This document shows positions 49,562-60,600 of a DNA stretch of 64,000 bases, in pieces. The notes below the pieces were generated by a model that saw only the letters and a list, made by a program, of their open reading frames with translations, made no database searches and had not been told where the DNA came from. The position numbers were made by a program, and so were the translations under genes. The first letter of the stretch is position 1. Every line of letters starts with the position of its first letter. Source of the stretch: Azolla caroliniana (lineage: Eukaryota > Plantae > Polypodiophyta); assembly GCA_043228905.1 (NCBI GenBank), contig JBHGNT010000001.1, forward strand, positions 32,612,001-32,676,000. The letters run 5' to 3'.

Positions 49562-51680
49562 ACGGTAGAAATGTAGAAGGAAAGGGGCATTTTAGTATTA
49601 TTAAAATGAGCCTTTGATGAATACATCAAAGCTCAATATTAGAATACATATGTAAGCCTCATTCATGGGCCTCATGCAGAGTAGAGGGAGGATGGAAGTA
49701 AAAAGGTGATGGATGCATAAACTCTCCTCATTACTTGCACCTATAAAGACACCATGTTGATGTGAATGAGAGATAGGGGGTGAGACTATACAATCAAGTT
49801 TATTGTTTTGCTTTTACTATCGGGACTCTCTATCTTCATTGTGTATTAATTGATTATGAAATTCCATGAATAACTATGACCATGAAGTGTAAATATGTAA
49901 GTGCATGCTAACTATTGGCATGCCTTATCGTTACCCATATAACCTTATGTCATACTTGAGGCCTAATTAGCTAAGGTGTGTATCAACCACAATCAAGATG
50001 GCCAATCATCACCCTTTGGTTGATTCTTAATCAACTCTCGCACCCCTTGTAGGGAGTATAATCATTCAGTGTGTGTGCCCATAGATGGTTGGAGTTTACT
50101 CCCCATACCTCCCTTGATTCAATCAATAAGTTCGTTCTGTGCTAATTTGAATGGGCTTCCTTCTCTTTCTCTTATGGTTGCAAGGGTTTGATAGGAACTA
50201 CATTCATATCATTTGGGAAGTGAGTCACAATGAGTGGTCTTTTACGCTCAATTGTTGAATCTTGCTCCACTAATTCTTGCTCACATTGCTTTCGTGTATC
50301 TGAATAAACCATTATGGTGTTAAGTACATCATATATTCACTATCGTCAATATCAATCCTCTCATATGATGTATTTTTTATGGAACACCCTAAGCAACATC
50401 ACTATTGCTTGATTAGGATATTCATAATCTCCATCTACACTCCAAAGCAAAGTGACCCAGTGAAAGAGTATTTGGCTCTACTAATAGACTTTGCCAACTA
50501 ATGAGCAAGTGTGAAGGTCAAGGTATTCCCAGTGTAACCATCTTTCATAACGAAGTTTATATATTAGCCATTGTCTCCACCAAAGCCATCTCCTCATGTT
50601 CATTTAATTTGCATGTAAATCAACATAATAGTTCGTCACTAATTGAGGTATACTCTTGTATATTAGTGTTAGTTTTCTCATCAATCATTATTAACTTGTT
50701 CACGAATAGGGTGTTGATAGTAAAGCAATTTTGGTTCGAGTGTATTCATGAATTTTATTTTATTTGATAGGGCAAATGTCATATGCACTTGCAAGTGCAT
50801 GGATCTAATTTATCATGGACAATGGTCTCTTTATAGACAATGCACCTGCGCATGTATGTATACAACTCCATAGGAGGATTACATAAACACTATGTTTTTT
50901 AAAGAAAGATACACCTTAGTATATTACTTGAGAAATGTACATATAGAAAACAGAAGGAGACATTTCATCTCACCTCTATTGTACATAAACACTATGTGTA
51001 TATTGTGTGGTCATTTTAGCATTGAAACATCGTGTATGTGTTTGCTTTGATGAGCTTTCCATGTGAACAATCAATGATCTCTAGAGTAACGAGACTAATG
51101 ATCAGTTAAACGCTTTTCAACTACACCAAGTAACCTTTGCGATCTCAAGAAGGAAAATTATATGACTGAAAGAAACCATGCACCTCATGCATTACAAGGA
51201 TAATCAAAGGCGTTTATTTTGGTATATGTATTATTAACCAACCTTTTGATACAAGCTGGAATATCCAACTTGTTAAATGCAATGAAGATTAGCAAATAAT
51301 ATAGTTTATGAGATGCTCGAACATGCGTAAGTGTGTTTTTCAATAAAATCAAATATTATAACTTGTTGCTCAACTCCAAAAGAAAAATGAAGCATTTAAA
51401 ATAAAAGAATAATCTTAACAAAAGGATTGCCATAGTTATCTAAGCTAGGATTATTATAATGGATAACTCAAAACTTGTGAAGATGTCTAGGTTGTCATAC
51501 ATGAACATTGTGAGAGTTGGGTCTTAAAGGAGCACTACGTACAACGTGTGACTTTGAGGTATATATTTTAAGGAGCGAGTTCAAGTTGTGGAGGTCGCCA
51601 AGGCGACATATAGTGCTATAGGCACTATCTCAATAGCGTTTTTTTTTACAATTATATATATGCATCATGTGTATGTCTTT

Positions 51681-51749
<69 letters not shown>

Positions 51750-51973
51750 CATAGGTGTGATATTATATACCGAGATGTCTTTTTAACACTTATTCAAAAG
51801 GAGATGGAGATTCCATCTAAATCCTCAAATATGTACCTTCAAGATTCAATATGCCAATGGTACTAAATCACATTTGAAGATTCAAATATGCACATGGGAC
51901 AAAAACACTTCCATTAACTAGTAGACAATCATCTTCCTGTCAACCATAGTAGAGAGAGAGAGAGAGAGAGAGA

Positions 51974-52182
51974 GCCCAGATGGATGTAGCTCAGTTGGTA
52001 AGGTTGCCCAATGGAGACTAGGTGGTCATGGGTTCAACCCCTACATTCCACAGTGGCATCTAGTGAATTAAGAGATATATAAGAAGTATATAATAGAGAG
52101 GTAAGGAAGTTGGGTTTTGAACCCACAACACAGTGCTTGTAGTGCTAACAACCTACCACTAGGGTAAGGTAATTACAATAAA
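51974..52182 (+). mobile_element. tRNA-derived SINE-like element, copy 2 (~210 bp)
   Basis: GCCCAGATGGATGTAGCTCAGTTGGTAAGG...GGGTTCAACCC, then an AT-rich body, embedded in (GA)n. Confidence 0.85.
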
Positions 52183-53887
52183 GAGAGAGAGAGAGAGAGA
52201 CTCGATAAGGAGGGTTGTATTGAGTTCTATTTACCTTTGATGTTTTTGATACCTAGGATTAGAGTGATCCTATATCAATGGGTCGTAGCTCAAGCGTTGA
52301 GGTAATGCACTTCTGAAATGCTTTCTGGTGATTGATTGACAAAGTAAAGTGATCCAAAATGTTTGACGTTTACAAGGTTTCACACTAGCAATGAGACACC
52401 GAGATAACGACGTCACCCCACACCAAGAGACGTCACCCCACACCAAGAGCTAAACGGAAAACCTAGATATAAAATAGAGAGCTCACGTCCTATAAATACA
52501 TCTGTTGGGTGCCATACAATCCACCGCACTAAAAGAGTCCCGAGAAGAGGACTAGAAGGCTTTTTTGCTTGGGTTCCCTCCCATATGGAACTTTGAGAAT
52601 TAGCCCGAGGTTCATCGGAGATTCAATCCCAAGCCGGAGAAGTGGTCGAGAATGGGCAGGTCTTCGATCGGAGCTTTGCAAAACTCTTAAGAGATTGTAG
52701 GTTTTCTCTAAGTCATTATATTTTCATGAGTGTTTTTACTGTGTTTTTTGTTCATGTGGGGTGGGGTCTGCATGGATTAGAATATATGTGTCTGTAAGAT
52801 GTACATAGGCTTTTGGAGAGAGGAAGAGATTCTTTCTGCTCTGGTCCCCCATGTATTTCGGTCCTTGAGGGGGATCTTTTGGATCTTTGCTTGCACACTA
52901 TTTAGGCACCTTTCTGCATAAGTCACACCACACGATCCTTCCACATTGATTAAATCCTCTCCAGCACAACGCATTTCTGCTTAATTACTGTACCCCCCCT
53001 AATCCTTCAGCTAATCATCCCCCCCAGTTAAGCCTTAACTCGCCCACCGACCGATTCTCCCTTTATCAAATAATCTTGAATTAACCCTTGCTTCATATAC
53101 TAATCTCCACTTACAGCTCGATTCATCAATTAATCTTTCAGTACCGGCTCAATTTATTCATTAATCTCCAAAGTACTGGACTCACATTATACCCATCCCC
53201 AACAATGGCTCAATTCATTGCCAATTACAGCTCAATTTAATCAACTCATCACCAAGAATGGCTCAAATCCATCAAGTCTTCCCCAATTAAGGTTAAAATC
53301 ATCAATGCATTCATTTTTCAATCATCAATTCAACTCCCATAATTCATCCATTTCATCCCAAAGTCAGGCTTAACCCGTGGGTCTTGTCTATTATCATAAG
53401 AGCAAGTTAATTACGATACAAATTTCTTTGAGTAGGCCGTGTCCAATATCAACGATCATAATCAGCTAATTATTTGTTTCTTCATATCAGTACCCATCAT
53501 CATCGAAGACCTAGTCTCTGCATCATACCTTGAAATTCATCAAGAAAGTTATTCATTAATATAACGGAGCGAGATTCTAAGACCTGACAAGCATCGTGCA
53601 TTCTACATCCCAAGACCAGACTCTCATATTTCTTAAGGTAGATTGATCATCACAAAACACAGTTCTCCAGTCAAGCCATTGTAGCTCACGCTGACATCAA
53701 ATATGCTTCAAGGTACACTATAATTTTTTAGTGATACATATTTTTATCTTTTAGTGATACATATTTTTTCTCAACGTTTGGATTTTCTAACGCTGGACAC
53801 ATGATTCATTCGGCTTGGAATTTGATATGAGTGATGAATGCAGAACCATTTGAGCATAAATTTCTATTTGTAATCACTAAATCTGTG

Positions 53888-53918
<31 letters not shown>

Positions 53919-54076
53919 GAAGTTCATAAATAATTTCAGTTTCCTAAATTATGTGTATGTATCAATTAGCAACAAATCTATGTTCTTGTATTGTGGTCAT
54001 ATATGCATGTGAATATGGCTTCACGGGGTGCTTAAAATTATCTATTAGTACGTGCTTGGTTTGTTTTGTCCAACAG

Positions 54077-54763
54077 TCTGATACTGATACAAAAAATGAC
54101 CTCTTTCAATCAGGATCATACATATATCAAGCAGATCCTGACCAGTCATACGGAGATTTATCATTAACCCCGACCTTTAATGGAAAACATGGTTTACAAA
54201 GTTCTCATTCTCATGAGAACAAGGATGAGCCTTTGTCAAGGAAGAGACGACTGACATTGGATCAGACAAAATCTTTAGAACATAGTTACTCTAAGGATAA
54301 CAAGTTAGAGCCAGCCCAGAGGAATAAACTGGCACTTGAGCTTGGTCTTCAACCAAGGCAGGTGGCCATATGGTATCAGAATCGGCGCGCTCGGAGTAAA
54401 GCAAAGAGTATGGAAGGGAAGTATAATGCCCTTAAGTTACAATACCAAGAAGTGGTTTTCAAGAATAGAAGACTTGAGGCAGAGGTATATAACAGTTCCT
54501 CCGGTATGAAATCTAGATGTATACCTTAAAAGAGTAAATCTAAATGCTTGTTTTACATTGACTTCTAGCATAGATATATATAAATTGCATGCAGGTTAAA
54601 AACTTGAAACCATTGATATTCAACTCTTTACATTGATTAGCATGATTACATGTTGTGTGAACTCATTTGTATAGGATTCTAGATCAATAATGCTTGCTAT
54701 TTGCATTAGCTAGTATAAATATATGGATTTATGTAGGTAAAAGGTTGAATTCATGATTACATA

Positions 54764-54794
<31 letters not shown>

Positions 54795-55383
54795 ACAAAT
54801 TAAATGGGGCTCATACCTACGGACTCACTTGCAGGTGAGTAGTTTAAGGGAGAAATTGGAAATGAAGGAGAAGGCTGAAAAGGAAGCCAAGAGGCATCCA
54901 GACTCAACAAAAACATCTAAAATTGATCAAAAGCAGACTGAGACTGCAGGATTATGTAAAAATAAAGTTTTGCTCTCCACCATGATAGAGTCTGAGACAG
55001 AAAATGAACTCAATATAGTGAGATGTGAAACTAATTCGGAAGATATAACCAATATAGTGCAACATTTAGATGTGAACAATAACTGCGTAATGGATGGCGG
55101 AAATTCTCAAATCAATTCCATTGGACTTGAATTAACAGGTCCATATCAGTATAACATGACTGAAAACCGATTTCATCCACACTTCCAGGACCATTATAAT
55201 AACCTATCTAGCCTTCCAAGCCTTTCCCAATCCACAGTTGATATGAATCCAGAGAATGAAGAATACCTTGTACAACTGGCCACTTCCTTAGCTCATTTGG
55301 ATGAGCAATTCTTCAACGATTATCCATTCAAACAGCATGATGTAACAGTTTGTCTCTATTGCAATCTGGCTAGCCAAGCCTGA
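54077..55383 (+). CDS. Homeodomain-leucine zipper class I transcription factor (start codon unresolved)
   Basis: Exons 54077..54484 and 54835..55383 join in phase 0. The homeodomain RKRRLTLDQTKSLEHSYSKDNKLEPAQRNKLALELGLQPRQVAIWYQNRRAR is followed directly by the zipper MEGKYNALKLQYQEVVFKNRRLEAEVSSLREKL. The first coding exon was not pinned down (in-frame ATG at 53951, or an upstream exon near 53834). Confidence 0.92.
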
Positions 55384-56267
55384 ATATCCATTTGGGTTCT
55401 AGTACATTAATATCTTCCTCCAATGATCCTAATACATAGTTTTTTATCCATGAATAGTGGATGACATGAGACTTTAACACAAATAACAGTCATAAAGATA
55501 TGTTACAGTATTTTACCACAGAGCAAGGTAATTTTAGGTTAAAAAAGCATCCATTGCAATATAATTCATATGGATTAGTAAATTGATTCCACAAATTTTG
55601 ATAAAGATTGAGTCAAATTATATTTTTGGCTTGCTTGTAAAAACCTCGGTCAGATGTATTGAACCAAGTGGTAGCCGACCAAATTTGATTTACTGATCTC
55701 GATTGACCATTTATGACCATCTCCAGTGGACTAGAATCAAGGAGCCAAACAGGTCAACGAATGGTGCCAAATTACAATGCTCGGGGGAAAAACCATGCCA
55801 TATTATTCACTAAAAGTGTGGTTACAGATTTGATTGATCTTGACGGTTGGAAATCTTTCTAGAAAGAGAACCAAAATCCAAACACATACAATGCTAAATT
55901 GCAATATAATTAGTTTGTGATCTCTCCACTGTGATTTTCATGCACAAAATGAAATTTGCCAGATTAGTCGAGAAATAATTCTGAAAGGAAGGCGCCTGCA
56001 TATATTTACCATGCTGTTAAGACTGTTTATGACGAGGTTAAACTGGATATATATGTCATAATTAAGCAACAGCTAACCTAATGTGTTATTATAATTCATA
56101 ATTTAGCCCCAAGGATAGTTTTTACCAATCAATGAACTTAAAACAAAGACAGGAGAAAATGAAGACAAAAAAGAAAACACCTATACAGACCTACCATCTA
56201 TTTTTCACTCTCCTCTGCCTTGAAACCCTAAACCCTAAATTCTACCCCTATTCCTCAACCCTAAGAA

Positions 56268-56474
56268 ATGCCAACTGTCCCAATTATTGTCCTCATTTTC
56301 TTCTTCTTTTTATTCCTTACACCCGTTGCAAACGCTCTCTCGGGTTCCTTCGAATTACCCAAGATCAGATTCTCATACGAGCGTGCACTCTGTCGCCTCC
56401 AGACAGAGACAGAGCCTGAGAGAGAACTTGGCCCGCATTGCATGAGGTTTGGGTTGGTTTCGGATCTCCATTGA
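56268..56474 (+). CDS. Candidate small secreted protein or orphan first exon (68 aa)
   Basis: MPTVPIIVLIFFFFLFLTPVANA looks like a signal peptide with an AxA cleavage site. Telobox-like AAACCCTAAACCCTAA and a CT-rich leader lie just upstream. No homology recognised. Confidence 0.3.
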   Translation: MPTVPIIVLIFFFFLFLTPVANALSGSFELPKIRFSYERALCRLQTETEPERELGPHCMRFGLVSDLH

Positions 56475-57113
56475 ACTACTGACAATCTTGAACTCTTTTC
56501 CCCCATATCTACGTAAACTGGATTGGCGTTGAGAATTCATTAAGCCAAAGGCACCACTTTTCAAGCTTGACAGCCCCACCTTTAATCAAAAGATATCAAT
56601 TTTGGAAGTTGCCTTCTTGCATTCATCAATGGCCTGTCACCTGATTGTGAACGCTCAACCTTATTCAATTTACGCATTTCAACAACTGCTTCATCTTTTG
56701 GCACACCGATTGATTGAAAATCTTCAAAACTTTGGTAGAAACTTTCAAGCTATATTTGGGGAAAGGATACATATCAATGGTGCTCCATAATTGATGTGTT
56801 CATTATTCATGACTATCATCAATCTCCACCTATACATGAGTCGATCGTTGTTTCAAAAGCACCATATTAAAAAGTTCCCCTCTCCATATCCTTAATATAT
56901 ATCAGTGGCCAGTTCATATTAACTTGGAAAAGTTTTTGTTTCAATTAAGGCAAAGCATAACAAATTTTCAACCTCATATCGGACAGGTAATCTAGGTTTC
57001 AGCTTAAAACTCTGCGCATTTGTTTGAACTTACCGATTATGTCAATCTAACTATGAAATATATGAATTGCCACCAACATTATCGATATTAATATTACCAC
57101 TCACATTTCTATA

Positions 57114-57376
57114 GGGTCATCAATATTATCAATTAACCTGAGAAGTGCATCAATATTCCAATAGACAACAAACATGCTGAAAGAGTTCAGGACATTTGCA
57201 AAATACAACAAAAATATGATATTTTTACCAGAAAACATTATGATGGGTCATCAATATTGTCAATTAACCTGAGAATTGCCATCAATATTCCAATAGAAAA
57301 TAAACATGCTGAAAGAGTTTAAGACATTTGTAAAATCCAACAAAAATATGATATTTTAACCAGAAAACATTACGAT
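57114..57376. repeat. Tandem duplication, 2 x ~131 bp, downstream of the PP2C stop
   Basis: GGGTCATCAATATT...CCAGAAAACATTA(T/C)GAT at 57114-57244 and 57245-57376. Confidence 0.93.
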
Positions 57377-57655
57377 GGAGAAGAACATGAAAGCTTTCTG
57401 TATAGCAGCCAGTAGTGAAGATTACACAAAAATCTTCGTGAATGTTGTGCTTATATACAATGATGGAACTAGGACAATATTTACTTACACTAGCAAAATT
57501 GAATATAAACCTGGTGTAAAGGAGCTACAAAACTTTGTTTGCGTCTATGTACATCAAATACAGACACAGCACCATCAGGTAAAAGTGGAATCTAGGCTCC
57601 CCACCCTCACCTTTACCAAAGGTGAATTGAGGACTTCCTCTCTGGACATGTTCCT

Positions 57656-60600
57656 TCAATTCAATTGTACAATGATAATGGTCATATTATCACAACCTTC
57701 ACCTAGTGTACAAGGAGCCAAACAATGGTCGAGCACCTTCTCACAGATAGCTGATAAAGATGGTTCCTGCAGCAATAGACGAAAAGTTTCATTACTCATA
57801 TATTCAAAGCAGGAAAACAAACGGAAAACAGAACTTTCATTGGTTTCGAGCATCACAAAAACTTCTTTTTCTTTTGATTTATTGTACATAAAAGTTCACC
57901 AAAATCTCCATGTTGCCTAATTCTGGAGGAAGTATAAGCACACAATTCAGAATGCAGAGGAGCATTATAAGACAAAAATAAAAGAAATTTTTAGCAGAGC
58001 GAAGATATCTTACCGTTTGTTTATGCTTGTGAATGAAATTCACCACCTCCTGACTTCCCATGACATCCCTGCAATTCAATCAAGATATTACTAAGAATTA
58101 CATTGTAAAGCATATCAAGCTAGACAGGTCCCACCCACAGTTCATTCCTAGTTATAAATCCTGTATCATTCTGTACTCAGAATGATTATGACAAAATAGT
58201 TCGAAAGTAAGGCACAAGAAAATATAACTAATAAACCTCATAATCAATCAAGTCATACCCATAGATATAGGCGTCCATAGGAGCTAAATTTTAGCCTTTT
58301 ATCAGATTTTTATGAACTAAAATACATCAGCCAACAACATATCCTACATCGATGATCTATAGGCACATACATACATACATACATACATATACATATGCAT
58401 ATGCATACACGCACACACTTACATACATATATATACACATACATACATGCATATGTTCTTTCTGGAATGAGTATTTCTGTTAAGTCTGTAACTTCACCTA
58501 TTTGTTATTCATATGCAAGACTTGACTATTATGCCATGACAGCTAGTCATCTAGTGTCAGTCATTGCGTGAGATCTATTGGAAAAAATCAGTTTCCTCAC
58601 GTCTCTTGAGAGTGGAGTTCACACTGTACAGCCATTTCAAATGACCGTGTGAGCATTGTGAGGTAAAGAAGGTGCATGAAATCACCTTTGACAAGATGAA
58701 AGCATACCATGTCCCCATAGTTATGGAATTGCTTGCTTTGGAAAGGCCCTTTCAGTAAAAACTGTAACTATATCTCCAAAAATAATGACTAATTAGAGAA
58801 TGAAAGATTTAAAAATGCTATCCTATATCAAGGAATCATTAATCCATGTTATTCTTGGGCAGAACATTCCTCAATTCGTCAATTTGGTAATGAGTATACT
58901 TGATTATTACCCTCAGTGATCTTAATTCTTTGTCTGGAGACAGCTAATTGATTATCTTCCGATTTCAGAATCATGTAGTATATCTGATACTTTCGGTTTT
59001 CAAAGTCTAACAAAGTATACAATAATAATACTATAAGCATAATGAAATCATTATGAAATACCTCACAACTATGACGCACTTAAAATGAAGTCCTGAAACA
59101 TGAGGAAGAAGGATGAGGGTTACGCATTCATACTGGATACTGGTAACAAGATCACAACTCTGTAGGGTTCTCCATTATAATAGGTTGTTTTACACAGATC
59201 CAGAAAATGGGGCTTTCTTTGATACGCTTGGGGGAGACAGAGGTGAGTTTGACATAAAGACATACAGACAACGATATACAGCAAAAACATTATCATTTTC
59301 TGAAATGGCAGGGAAATATCCCAAAAAACACTTGAAAGTTCTTACCAGATCCCATCACAAGCTAATATAAGAAATTCATCATCAGTAGTGCGCTTTACCT
59401 GAAAATGATTAAAAGGCCTATATTTATCAGAAACAAATTTGAAATTAAAAATTAAAAATTATCCATAAATGCTTCTTGCAGACATACTATTTTTATTTCA
59501 GGGCAGGCCGTGAGAATTTGCTTATCGGGAGACAACAATTCGTTTTGTTTGAACTCAACATCACCTGATTAAATGACAGAAAATGGTATGGATCAATCAT
59601 ATAGTTTTATATAGGTGCATTCACATAATAAATCCTTACCGATTGCCCGAGCCAAATTTAAGCTGCCACATATTCGTCCACCAGATATAAAACCTCCAGC
59701 TTGTGTTATCCTCTCTTTTTCTAGTTGAAGTCCTGGTTTGTGATCCCTAGACAACTCCAAGGCCTGCCAGAAAATTTAGCAATACGTACAAGTTTCCAGC
59801 TTGATCTCAGATAAAATTGATGGGCTTAAAACGTGTTTCGTACTTTGCCAGCTCTTGAAAGGACACACCGAGAATCACCAGCATTAGCTACTATAATCGT
59901 ATCAGATCGTACAAGAGCAACAACAGCCGTGCTCCCAGAAGTAGGCCCTGGAAAATCTGAATGGGAACCCTGCCAAGATGAAAATATGAATAAAAAGAAT
60001 ATTGCCATAGAAGGATCAAATCAAAGATGAAGAATCAATTATTAATCAGAACAAAATGAGGCAATTCTCTTCCTCAAATTTGCACACTGAATTGATTTTT
60101 TATAGTAAAAAAGTGCATCCAAGTTCTATACACACTCACATATCGTGTGAGAAGGAGATGGTGAAGGGAGGGACAGACCGCATGAAAAGAAAATTTGTTC
60201 ATTAATTTGACCATTACATCTATGCCTTCTTTCATCAGGGCTGTGATTAAGTTTCTGAAAGAATCATTGGATAAGAAGTTAAGCTAGTCATGCAAAACAG
60301 AACAACTTGAGAAGACAAAAATATAGACAAGCTGAAAGAATCCCAGCAGTACAAGACAGGTATGGTTGGAGATGAAAGTTTGAAATATGGATGGCTGAAA
60401 ATAGATGTGGCACTATGAATAGAGCCACATCCTTCCCCCAACAATATGTCATATATTGTTGCTTGAATCTGTTAGCCTTTTCTTTATTGACACACTCGAA
60501 CTTTTTTTTCAAAAAAAGATACTACTGTGGTATTAAGAAATGCCATAAGGCGATACATAAAAGATGTACCTTTCGGTAATGAGACCCTTTCTAAATTATA

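Noticed and set aside
49700-50900. Decayed coding-like sequence on the - strand between the SINE copies
   Set aside because: It is probably old transposon debris, but no diagnostic motif or termini were found.
51980-52050. Functional tRNA gene
   Set aside because: A and B boxes are present, but I could not form a convincing acceptor stem. It is part of a dispersed ~210-bp repeat, so it is called SINE-like.
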